From Raillietiella orientalis (lineage: Eukaryota), in contig JAYWIR010000006.1 of the NCBI GenBank assembly GCA_036172245.1, forward strand, positions 5,828,001-5,892,000: DNA of 64,000 nucleotides, given 5' to 3'. The notes below the pieces were generated by a model. The model was not told the origin of the DNA. It saw nothing but the letters and a program-made list of their open reading frames with translations, and did not search any database. Made by a program: the position numbers and the translations under genes. Every line of letters starts with the position of its first letter. The first letter of the stretch is position 1. This document shows positions 14,212-25,545 of the stretch, piece by piece.

Positions 14212-15355
14212 GTAAGCTGTATTGCCTCAAACCATTATTTTGCATGATTTTTTGTGACTTGCTTTGTTTTTTCGAAGTATCGCCATTTCATAAGAGGAGT
14301 AACGGGGAAGGTCTAGGCACTTATGAAGCCCGCCTACTTTTAAGTAAAGTTAAATTGAAAATTTCGAGAACACTTTATGCCAAACAAGGATTGCAGCCAC
14401 TGTTGGCGGTGTTCATCGTGTCCTCGCGCCTGTTGGTCTTTTGGACTCGAAACGAATGAATTGCACTAAGACTCGTGCAAAGAACGCTCCGTCGAATCGG
14501 CCCGTCGGATTAAAGGGGTTCGAAAACTTGTACCGTTTTTCTTTCATTTTAAAATTTCCATGTCATGTGTTTTCGGAGAAGGATCCCTTGCAGCTGTCAG
14601 CGTTGCGTTGCCTGAGCAAGGGCTCCCCAATGTTCCACGTGCGTGGGGGTGGGCAGGGGTTCACTTCGCCTCCGTCTAACGCCCGTTCCCATTACGAAGG
14701 TCTGATGTGTTTTCCGACACGAGACGAGGATTCCGGAACGAACTTTTCATCAAACGGATGCGTCAGTTTTCAGCCTCTCTTTCTCCTCTTGATCCCATAA
14801 GTGGACGTGGAAATGCCGCTGCGTGGCATCCGTCGTTCGGTAGCAAGATGCCCGTTCCATCTGGAAAAGGAGATCAGGCTCTGGGTGTGGTGACATTCAG
14901 GTGCTCTCAGGAAGGTCGTAATGGAATCCTTGCGAGCAGTGGTTCGGCCTCTCTCTCGAATACCATCGCGTTCGTGCTTTTCTCGATCCATCGTTTTGTC
15001 GGAAGTGTGAAACCTGGGTGGCTGACCTGGCGTTCGTGGGTCGGCGGTGTATCCGCCCAGCCCTCAGCTTATCGGGACGAACATCTCTCTTTTTGGAGCG
15101 GCATGAGGCCCTCTCGTTCTTCGGCAGCATCACTTGCTTACGCCGAAAGCTTTCAGCTGCCATTCCAGAGGGTCCGTTCCCTTGGGTTCCCTAGCGCTAG
15201 GGTGTACGAGGCACGTGTCTATCCTGTCGAGGTGTGCTCGAAATTCCACGGGACCTCGCGGGCACGTAGCGCATGCTGGGTAAACGGTTGCTTTCGTTAT
15301 CCACGGTTTGAGATGGATCAATGTTCAAAGATAAACAGTTTTTTTCTTTCCTTCT

Positions 15356-15389
<34 letters not shown>

Positions 15390-15406
15390 TACATGTTATT
15401 CTTTAG
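14212..15406 (+). other. fem-1: fem-1 intron (1195 nt, GT-AG, phase 0)
   Basis: GTAAGC donor and CTTTAG acceptor join the two Fem-1 coding segments in frame. Confidence 0.9.
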
Positions 15407-15616
15407 GTTGTGGATATTCTGCTAAAAGGAGGCGCCCACATTGATACGGTGAATGAAAATGGGATGAGACCTTCCATTCTTTTACAAAATTCTCATGTCA
15501 ACGTAATGAAGTACACCAGTCTACAGTGCCTCTCTGCCAGAATCGTGTCACAGGAAAACTTAGTTTATAGGGGAGCGGTGCCTCCTAATATTGGCACGTT
15601 TATCAGACTTCACTGA
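15407..15616 (+). CDS. fem-1: Protein fem-1 homolog, coding exon 2 (last ankyrin plus VHL/BC-box C-terminus)
   Basis: Acceptor ttattctttag ends at 15406. In-frame VVDILLKGGAHIDTVN...YTSLQCLSARIV...FIRLH* is the typical Fem-1 C-terminus. Joined protein is 572+69 = 641 aa. Confidence 0.93.
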   Translation, partial: VVDILLKGGAHIDTVNENGMRPSILLQNSHVNVMKYTSLQCLSARIVSQENLVYRGAVPPNIGTFIRLH

Positions 15617-15634
15617 CCAAAGGTCATTAGCCCG

Positions 15635-15640
15635 AATAAA
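15635..15640 (+). promoter_or_regulatory. Candidate polyadenylation signal of fem-1
   Basis: AATAAA 18 nt after the stop codon; the sequence turns GC-rich and repeat-like within ~200 nt. Confidence 0.5.
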
Positions 15641-18231
15641 CGGATGAAAGCAGCCTCTGTTTTGCTCTTTGAACCGTCGATGGCTGCCCATCGTCATGTT
15701 GTTGAAAGGAAGTCCGTCTTCGGGTTCTGGAGGGCTCCGCGCCTTAATTTCTGCTGTTTCGTTTCCGTGGTGATTCCATTTTCGTGTGGTCAAGGCACTG
15801 GTGCGTTTTGGGATTGCGGAGCGAATGGAGATGGAAACTGACGGCATTGCGAGACTGTCGCCGGGACGACCCGGAGCCGGTGGACGTGCTGCGCGAGCAG
15901 CACAGGGATGCAAAAGTTGGCAGCCCCACCCGCCAGCAGCGGCAGGACTGCCGCCATCGCACCTCCGTTCGTGTTCGTTCTGGGGGGGCCCGAGAATATC
16001 TGCTGCCCTTTTCCGGTAGCTAGTCTACGGGAAGAGGTGCCGAGCGATCCCCCCTCCCCCCCTTGCCCTCGGCGCCTCGCAGGCTCGACTTGGTCCCACG
16101 CAAAGCCGGAGCGCCGCATCTCCGACCGGCGGTTCCCTCTTCTGGAAGGTTCCGCGGATCGCGGGTCTTCGTTCCCCCCTCCCCCTCCTCCACTCTTCGC
16201 CGATCAAAGGAGGTACGCGTGCATGCCCTGAATCCCCGTGCCCGGTGCCTCGAGTAGTTTCCCACCTAGGAGGACCCTGCGCGCGGGCGGGAGTCGGTAG
16301 CGCGTGTGCTCACTTCCCCTGTCCGCCTCCACGCCTGCTCCCCTTTTCGCTAGGCACCTCCCTGTCGCCCTCCTGGGGGAATCCGTAGCGCGCCACTATG
16401 ACGTACGGCACCCGAGGAAGGAAGGGTCTCCCTGGACCCTCGCGCGGCGACTCCCTGGAATCCGGAAGCACCCCGGGCCGGCGATTCGCTGCCGGGCGAG
16501 GTGGCGGCCCCTCTCCCCTCGACTACCCAGGGGCGGTGGCACCTGCGGAAGGGACTCCGTCCGAGAGGAGGTTGCCGTCCGGAGAACGGTAGATGGTGGA
16601 GACTGGTTTCCCGGGAGGCTGGAGGGAGGAGAGCCATCCAATCGGCGCGATGGAATTGTGGTGGTGGGGATATGTCGGATCGGCCAGTTATGCCAGCTGC
16701 CCCCGGTCCAGATCCGCCTCCAGGAGGAACCGCTCGGGTGATCAAGGCCAAAAAGGTCCTGCGGGGACCTCCGGCCCCCCGTTAAGTGGCGACGCCGGCC
16801 TTTTCTCTGCTCGAGCGTTTGCGTAGGGATGCCACCTTTCCGAACGCGTCCTCGGACGTGTTCTTTCACGCGCCTTCTTCCGGTGCTGAGGGATGACCGC
16901 GTTGGCACGCGCCCGACCTTCCCAACTCACCCTGCCGCCGGTGCGGCCGCAGGGTGCGGGTGGTCGCGACGATGCCTCGGGGGCACCGGCCTGTGAGAGA
17001 TCTCATCGTGGCAGTGCTGGACGGAAGCTGACGGTCGGCACGGAAGCGCTCGCGGACCGTGCGCCTCTGCAGGGCGGTCGGTGAAGTTCCCTCGCCGCCG
17101 GAGGAGCGGGGCTCCTGGAAACGGCTCGCTCCACCCCTCCTCCCGCCGCACCCCTGCCGTTCCTCACGTCGGCAGTGAGGGCGCCCCAAGGCATCCAAGT
17201 AGTCCGCAGGGCGAAAAGGAACGTTCCAGAACTCCCGGCGACTGCGGAGCCGGAACGCTCACGTTGGTGGGTGCGCACCTTGGCGCAGGCGCCAGAGGTG
17301 GGGCCGCGGCACGGGCCTCGAGATTCGCGCAGCTGCGCCGGCCTGCCAGTAGCAGGACTCTGCCGTCCGTATCCGACGTGCGAAGAAGGGCGCTGCCCCG
17401 ACAGGGCGATGCGATTCGCTCACTCCCTCGGTGTGGCGCTTCCGCTCAAGCACCAAAGCCGAGAGCGGTTCCTCCGGGAGGCGGTGGCGCTGGACCGGGG
17501 GCAACTGTTATCCTTGGCCGACCCTGGAGGACCTTCCTTCAGGGTCCTCCGACTCTTGAAAGGACGCCGGACGAGTCAGCCCCGGTGGGCAGCGGCGGCA
17601 GGCAGTAGGGAGAACTCCCTCCTCCTCCCGCTCCCATGGCACTGCGGTAGAAGGCGAAGGGCGCCACAGTCGCCTAGCCACTGCGCCTCCGCCGGTCAGG
17701 GACGCTGCGGTTCCGCAGGAGCTTCCCGCAACCAGCGGCGCGCCGGCCTACGGGACGCGAGTGGCGCTCTGGAAGAACCGTGGCTCCCGCGATGGGGGAG
17801 CCGAGCAGCCGCTGCCAAGGGGGACGAGTAGTACGTCACCTGCAGCATTCTACGAGGGGCGCATCCACTTTTCCCGGCCTGTTCGTTGCCGGCTCCGCGG
17901 AGGTGTCGCGGGGGACAGAGCTGCTGCGGTTGCGGAGACCTTGATCTTCCCTTCTTTCATGGCCGGTCGCCATTCCCCTGCTCGGAGGGGGGGGGGGGCG
18001 CCTCGCGTCTCTTCTCCTTAGGGCTCCTCAGGCGTGCTCTTGGGGTCGCACGCAGCCCTGAGGATCTGGGACGCGCATCTGGCCCACCAACTGGTCTCCT
18101 CCGCTTTGACCTCACTTTGCCCTGACTGCTGCCTTCCGGTGCGCCCCCTGGCGACCTCGAAACGGAGACCAAGGGTGCGTCCCGCCTACCCTTCTGGACC
18201 AGGAATCGACCGTACCCCGGAGAGGGGTTTC

Positions 18232-18730
18232 ATCACCCGGTTATGCCGAGGCATTTTATTGCATAATATAAACTTACATATTTATTACATTACATAACAT
18301 GGCTGCTTGAAGGAAAAATTTAAGGAAACCACCTGGGTTACGGGTCGCCCTCCAAGAGGACAAGTGAGCATTCCTCAACGCGAAAGTCGATGAGCCCTCG
18401 ACCCATCGGGAAAGACCAGTGAGTCCAGCACGCAAGGCTCGACCTCTGCTGTTCGCCGGGGCGAACGTCGGACTCGCGAGCTTGGTTGACCCTGGCGGAC
18501 GATTCCCTCGAAGATCCGACTCGCTGCTGACCACATTGCCAGGGGCCACCGGCACGCGCCGTTTCGTCTGTAGGAAGCTGAACGATCCACTCCAGCGGTT
18601 GGGAGGGACGCCGGATGGTCGAACTCAGCCTCCTGCTCCCGAATCCCCGAACTTCCCTCTTCGGGTTTAAAGGAGCAGCAAGCAGCACCGCGCGCTCTTC
18701 GCCTGCAGGAGCGCCAATCACTTGCCGCAC
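18232..18730 (-). mobile_element. 5'-truncated LINE 3' end (copy D)
   Basis: Minus strand ends with ORF ..LLEGDP* (cf. EDVEDDP in copy A), then AATAAA (tttatt 18255-18260) and the terminal hairpin ctcgg-cataa-ccggg shared with the other copies. Confidence 0.45.
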
Positions 18731-19177
18731 TGGCGCCGCTGCTGGACGTCTGCGCTAACTACCGGACCGCGTTTTCGGCGCACTCGTAGCGACTCGGTCG
18801 TAGGGACCCGCTGGGGTGCACTCCAGCTTGCTTTTAGCTGAGGTAGAAACGCCGGTGGAGGATCCTACATTCCATCAGCCCGTTCCCAGTTTGACGCAAC
18901 CACTCGCTTAAAGGCGCCCGCATCGGATGTATCCTCTCCCGAGGGGAAGGTGCTGCGGGGCGCGTGAGCGTCCTCTTTGTTTTCGGAGGGTGAATTAACC
19001 GGTGGGCGAATTACTATCGACACGTTCGCGTGTGTCCTCCGTGTCGGTAGTGACCGACATGTGTGCCTTCGCATGGAGAAGAGAGCCTCGCCTAGGCTGC
19101 TTTCCCCGCTGCGACGAGAGCCGCCTAGGCACGCAAACTAGGTACGAAACAAAGCACGGAGAGTAGGCTGTGATGAC

Positions 19178-21590
19178 GTTGCCCGGTTGTGCCTGGGCAT
19201 TTATTATAGAAAGTAACAAAATTATATTGGTGTGGTAAAATTCTTGGTTCTGCCACGTGCAGTGCACCTGCCGAAGACCGGTGCGCAGACCAGCGAGGTC
19301 CGCTTCGGAAGCAGGGGGGAAGGGGACCAAGGAAGGCATCAAGGTACGCTGCTTCCAGGCGTCCTCTGCATTCTTTTCAGGATGCTGGCAAGTTCCGTCC
19401 GTGTCCCGCCCAGGCGGAGTCATATCGAGGCGGTCCTCAGGAAGATGCGCAGCCAGCGTCCTTGCGTCCCTGCCATTTCGGCCCTCTTCTGGCGTCCCAG
19501 GCCGCCACGATCCCGCAGAGACAGCAGGGAACTGCGAGGGGCGCGGCCGGCGGCAGTGCGGTGCCCCGCACGAAGATGCGTCTGAAAATGTTCCTGTGGC
19601 CGCCCACCGGCATACCTAGGATCGTCGCGAGGCGATAGCAAAGGGGCCGGGGACAGCACAGTCCGACAGCAGGTGCTGTAGGGTCCCCTTCCCTCACTTG
19701 TCCCACTCTGAGCGTCCACCGATCCCTTCCTGTATCCAGTGGTGAAGACAGCCTTGTATGGGGTTCCCCTATACACCACCAGCAACGCACCGCCAAGTCC
19801 TGCCACTCGAGAGGGGGGGGCACCACTGCTCCAGAACTCTGGAGGCCACTTTATCTCCTCCGGAGAGATTCCGAGCAACTCTCCCCAGAGCAGAAGTCCT
19901 TGGAGTGGGATACTCGGGGTTGCAGCATCCGTGACCTCCTGAGTTCTCCACGAGCCCAGAAGTCTCTGTTTTGCTGCTATACAGCGCGTCACTTCCCACT
20001 TTGCTGGGATCATCATGTCCCTTTCTTCCCCAAGGCGGCACTGGGGCAAGGGGGGTGGGTGAACGAGGCTTACCGCATCTTCTGCGGGTTGCGGACGATC
20101 CCCTCCAGAGACTTGGGAGCTCCGAATCCTCGCCGCAGGCAGGCGCACCCCGCCTCGCTCACGCCGTGGATCTTCCCCCAGACGAAGACCCGACTCCTGG
20201 AGCTAGGCAGTGCAGTTCGCGGGGAGGCAGGAGATCCGTCTATTCTCACCAGGGCAACCATCTGGTGGAACTGGCGTCCGCAACGCCTCAGCCGTTTCTC
20301 GCGAGCGACGAGGGACGCGAGACCCTTGCAGCCGGTTGCGCTCTTCTCGAGGAGGAGTGCCGGTGCGCACCCGGGCGTGGTCCATGATCTCGCCGCGAAG
20401 GCGAATCCTCTGAACGGGAGCTGATTCTCCATTCTGTCAAGGGGAAAGGAGGTGGACGTCCCGGATGCTCTCCTTGTGGCGTCATTTCTCCCGGCGCGTG
20501 GTCAAAGTTTGTCTCCCGCTTCTCTCCTTTACCCTTGGATCACCGAGGGGAGATTTTCGAATCCTGTCTCCCAGTCGCTTCGGAGCGTTTCTTCGCAAAG
20601 AGCGGAGAACCCGGGGACTGGTTCCTGGCAGGACCAGACCGTGGAAAAGTGGATCAAAGGGCGGAGTGGGGTGGGGTGCAGAGGTTCTCTGCCTCCGGCT
20701 GTTCCTCCGTTCCAGCACCGGCGCAGTGCCCGTCGGCCATCTCCGGAGTGACTTCCAGCCGTCCTCTCACAGGCTGTTATGCGGGGCGACCTCCCTTGGC
20801 GGCACGCCTCCCGAGGCTCCGACATATAGCGGGCCGTGACGGTGGCGCCGATGCGCCACCGCGCGTGAGTAGTCGCCGCCTTAGGTCACAGGTGGTGCCC
20901 TGCGACGGGGGATCGACTCCACCGACCCGCACCCGAAGCAGTTCGGGGGACACAACTCTCCACCGGACAGGAACGAGATGCGGGTGCTGATTGCGTTGGA
21001 ACCCCCCCCCCTCCTGCAAGGGCAGCAGCGCGACCTTTCCAGCTCAGGGGCAACACCGAGCCGTCCGTGGGGAACGCCGGCTGTTCTTCCTAGGGGTCCG
21101 CTGGGAAGGTCGTTCCGCCCAGGCGGTCCGGAACGGGAACTGCCGACCTCTGCCAGTCGCCTAGGCGAGTTTGGTCTTCCCTGCAGTGGCACAGGGGAAC
21201 TCCGGCCTCCAGCCTGGGGACGTCTGTCGCTTGCCCTCAGGGAAGACGGCAGCACCGCGACCTCCAGGGTGGACCACTTTGCGACCTCCCTTCTTGGCGC
21301 ACTCGCTCTCCGCTCCGCGCCCAGCAGCTTTCCACTTCTTCGCAGGCAGAGGTGCTGGAACGCTGCTTTCGTGCTCGACGGAGACACGGTTAGCGGCGCC
21401 GGAGTCCCCGAGGAGGCGGACGAAGGGACGCCCTCGGGCAGTTCTCCTCGCATGCGGGGAATCCGGAAGCTGAGGGAGGTTGCGCGCGGTCGCCCCTTCT
21501 CCCTCCTCGATGGCAAGGGGCGGTTGCCAGTGCCTCAGCGCCGTCTGTCTTGGCCTGCGTCCAAAGACCAGGCCCGTGCTCAACTGCCAT
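19178..21590 (-). mobile_element. Decayed L1/Tx1-like LINE ORF2 plus 3' UTR (copy C)
   Basis: Minus strand has FVWGKIHGVS..CLRRGFGAP (cf. FxWxGK..GGLG) and GLLLWGELLGISPEEIKWPP, matching copy A (GLLRWGELLSIPLDVLEWPP). The 3' UTR aligns with 21640-21730 and 36500-36590. The part above ~20450 is weaker. Confidence 0.7.
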
Positions 21591-21592
21591 TA

Positions 21593-23340
21593 CACCCGGG
21601 TGCACCGGGGCGTTTACTTTCTTAAAAAAACAAACAAACATGTGTAGGGCCTATGCCCCTACAGCGTTCGATAAAAACTCTGAACTTGCCGAGTAGCCAG
21701 CGCGCAGACCGGCGAGTTCGACTCGGCAGCGGAGGGGGAAAGGAAAAATAAAAACAAAAAGAAAACACTATTTACAAAAGCAGGGAAGGGGTCACGTTCC
21801 GCTGGGGTCGTCCTCTACATCCTCTCCAGGATGCCGCATACGCCCCAGATGGGAGGACCATCCGGCTGCCGTCCTCAGGAAGCGCAGGGAGGAGCGGATG
21901 ATGTCCCTATCGTTCTGTCCACCAGTGGCGTTGCTCCAGGCCACCACAATCCCTCGCAGGCAGCAAAGGACTTCAAAGGCTGCGCCAGGCGAAAGGGCAT
22001 CGCTCACGAGGAGGAGCTTCATCACGTCCCTGGGATCGTCCGTCGGTGCACCAACGGCCGTTGCGTAACGCAACCACAGGGACTGGAGGGCAACACAGTC
22101 AAGAAGCTGGTGCGGGAGGGATTCCTGTTCCCCGCACCTGACACCGTTCGGGTCCACGGCCCCCCTCGTCCAGTGAGATCGGCGGGCGTTGCTGGGGAGT
22201 CCCCAGTGCAACACCAGGAACGCCGACTCCTGCCACTTCAGGGGGAGGGTCCGGGTATTCCTCAGCACTGGGGGCCACTCGAGTACATCCAGCGGGATGC
22301 TCAGCAGCTCGCCCCAGCGCAATAGTCCTTTCGGTGGGGCACTTGGGGTCTCAGAGTCAGTCAGCTGGTCCGTGGTCCAACCACCTTGTTTCCTCTCTCT
22401 TCTTGAGATGCTACAACGGACCTCCCACATGGCCGGCTGGCTACTGCCCAGATGTTCCTTGAGGTGGGACAGAGCTGCAGCAAGGGAGGTCCCATCATCT
22501 CATGCACTCGAGGCGGGCTGCACGATGATGTCCTGCAGCGAGCGGCTGTTGTAAAAGGAGTGCAGCAGTCGCTGCCTCAACTCCGGGCTCGCTTCCTCAA
22601 TCTGAGCCCATGTGCGAAGGCTTTTCTGCAACCAGGAAGTGCCGTTCGGGGGCCGGCAGGAGATCCAGGTGTTCATCCTGATCAGCTTGATCACTCGCCG
22701 AATTGCCAGTCCGCAATGGAACAGGTACCGGCGTTTGTGGCGCTCTAGGAAGGTAGACGGTCCCGCGCAGCTGCTGGCTCGCTGAACCAGGCGCCGTGCA
22801 GGCTCGCACCAGCTGGTGCTCCACAACTTCGCCACTAGGGCAATTGTCCTGAACTGCAGCTGCAGTTCCAGTCGCTCCAGCGTGAGGAGGCCGAGGTCTC
22901 CATCGCAACTCGGAGCACACAAGTCCTTCAGGCGCTCGACTGCCGGTGACCACCTTCTGACCTGTGTGACCTCGTGTCCTTCCTCCTCTCTGTTTCTCAT
23001 CTTCGGACAGGATCTGGTCGATCGCAGGTGGCAGCTCGCTGGGACAATCGGGCCACTCGTCAGCTAGGATCCTCTGCTCTGTTCCCTCCCCCCCCTTCTT
23101 GCGCGCCCATCGGACCAAGCGTGAGAGGCGATGTCTCCCGAAGCCCCCTCAGGGTCTCACGAGGGTACCCCACCAGGAAGGGTTCACTCGCTCTGCTCCT
23201 CGCTCCGTGCCGATGCCCAGGGCCGAATCTGAGATGCCGGTGCCACTTCGAATTCCCAAGGTCACTCTGCTGCCGCCGCCTACCAAGCCTCGGGTTGCCT
23301 TGAGTGGCAGCCCCCCATCTTCCACGAGGGGTTCTCATGG
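21593..23340 (-). mobile_element. L1/Tx1-like LINE 3' portion (copy A): post-RT region, zf-RVT, structured 3' UTR
   Basis: LKDLCAPSCDGDLGL (LCxPxxxGGLG motif) and LHWGLPSNARRSH..DPNGVRCGEQESLPHQLLDC..LW (zf-RVT CxxC...H...C relic), with frameshifts. Homologous copies lie elsewhere in the window. Confidence 0.85.
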
Positions 23341-23409
23341 ATGCGGGCAGCCTTCGTGTCCTTGCAAAGCTGATCGTTCTCGGTCCAAGGACCAACGATG
23401 CTGCGGATC

Positions 23410-24625
23410 TTATAATCATTATATATATATATATATAATGATTATAAGAAATAAATATATGTGTTTTATATTTGAATGTCGTTAATAGTTCGTTTATTAT
23501 ATATATTTTATGTATATTTGTATGTAATGTATCTTACAGAGTCTGCAAAAAATAAATACATATGTTTATTATATTCATTAATATATATCTTTATATATGG
23601 ATTAATATATATTAGAATGATTGCAACAATAAATGTAAATGTTTATTATAAATACTAATACGTGTATTGATATATAAATTAACATATAGAAATTACTTTC
23701 ACATACATATTTGTTGATATAAATAATCATGCGCATCAATATATATTATGGATGTATATAGTGAAAATTGTAAAAAAGAAAACATGAATGTTTATTATGT
23801 GCATCAGTGCACTTTTACATATGTTACAGATATATAATCAGTCAATATATAAATATCGAATTATAAAAAATGAAAAATAATGTTGGCAACTAACAATGGT
23901 GGGAAAAAAAACAAAAAGAAAATTTTGCTTTTCCTTTACCAACGCTCAACAAACGGCGCGTCCTCAGGAAATGACGAAATCTGTTTTCAGGACTTTAATC
24001 GTTCAATAAATGTATATGTTCATAATTGGATATTTATATATTCATTTCATATGTATTTATCATATGAGAAAATATCTATTAATACGTATAATAAACATAT
24101 ACATTTATTTTTTATACTCTTCAGTGTTTATCCTAATAGTATATATTGATAAATATCATAATTATATCACCAGATTTTGTTAAAATAGATGTATTTAGTT
24201 AAAAACCAATATATAATTATGCGTTTCAGTATACATAAAAGGCGTATATACTTATTTTTTGTAATCTTTAGAATATACAGTAATCTACATTTGAATTTAT
24301 ATATCAAAATACATATTAATATATAATGAACGTATGTATTACTCTCATTAATTTTTATAATTTATATTTATGTATACATAAATATATGTAATAACATGCA
24401 CATTAATAAATTGTAATGAATATATATGCTAAAATAATAATACCATTAATAATACATATGTTAATAAATATCAAAAAATATATTTGTTAAAATAAATTTG
24501 TATATTAACCTATGTATCCAAAATGAGTAGTTACACTTAGTTTTTTAGAATCCTTATAATATATATTAATCTGCACATTCAATTCATACATAAATATATA
24601 TAACAGACGTAGGTATTTATTTTCA
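23410..24625. repeat. AT-rich island 2 with one core cassette
   Basis: Almost the same length as island 1. Right border gatcgttcgggatttcgggc (24627-24646) resembles 3081-3100. Core at 23845-24041 is flanked by 20-bp inverted repeats with 1 mismatch. Confidence 0.75.
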
Positions 24626-25086
24626 AGATCGTTCGGGATTTCGGGCTGAGAATTTTGAACCGGACCCCTGCGGATGGCCTGATCATTGTCTTCTGCCAGG
24701 TACGGATGCTTTTTCGTGCCTGGCAGGTGGTCAGGGCAGCATGATCGCCACGACTGGATCGATGATTTGGCAGCCCTGCACGGCGGGAGCACCGGCGGGA
24801 GCTTCGCGCGTTCCTCCTCGCAGACTAGACCTCTGCGAGTGAGGTGACCTCCCAGCGTGCGTGGGGGAGGCCACCGGAGCGCATCCGTGCAAAGTTCGGG
24901 CTGCGCATCGCGAACGTTTCGGTGGACTTCCAACCGTCGTCACAGTACTGGGAGAGCTCCTTTGGTAATGGGGGAGCTCCTCTGGGACTGGGAGAGCGGC
25001 GTTGCGGAAAGAGTTGTTTGCGGATGCGCCTGCTGCTGCCGTTGCGGTGGACCACGCGCTCGCACCACGCGGCCAAGGAAAGATGG

Positions 25087-25545
25087 AAGTCGCTCTCGTT
25101 GATCGCGGATTCGTATAACCCGGCTAAGGAAAGGTGCACAGCTCTCGTATAACGCGGTGCATCAGCCCCCTTCAACCACGCTATGGATAGATTTCAATTT
25201 CGTCGAATAGTGTCAGTTCAGCTGTTTTTGAAAAGAACACGAGCAGCAATTAAGCAGGTCAAATCCCATTTCATTCCAATCTTCGTGAGAAGATACATTT
25301 TGCAGAGACGGGAGCGGTAGACATAGAATGGTTTAAATTGGTCGAAAATCAATAAAGCTCTAATGGCTAGATAAATAAAAACTTTCCCTTTTTCTTTTTG
25401 CTTTGAAGTAAAGTAATAGATATGCTACTGTTATGACTATCAATTTTGTATCTTTTAAGAATACGATCGATCCTATTATGCATTTGAAATCCATAGGGCT
25501 CGTATAACGCGGATTCGTATCCCCAGCGTTATAGGAGAGTTACCT
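25087..25545. mobile_element. MITE-like element with pogo/Tigger-style ends
   Basis: Reiterated subterminal motif ctcgtataacgcgg(attcg) at ~25094, 25144 and 25499. The right end agcgttataggagagttacct is a degenerate inverted copy of the left agtcgctctcg.../ctctcgtataacgc. Interior is AT-rich and non-coding. Confidence 0.55.

Noticed and set aside
12496..14247. Single-exon 583-aa fem-1 as given in the ORF track
   Set aside because: It lacks the Fem-1 C-terminus. A canonical donor at 14212 and the exon at 15407-15616 complete the protein.
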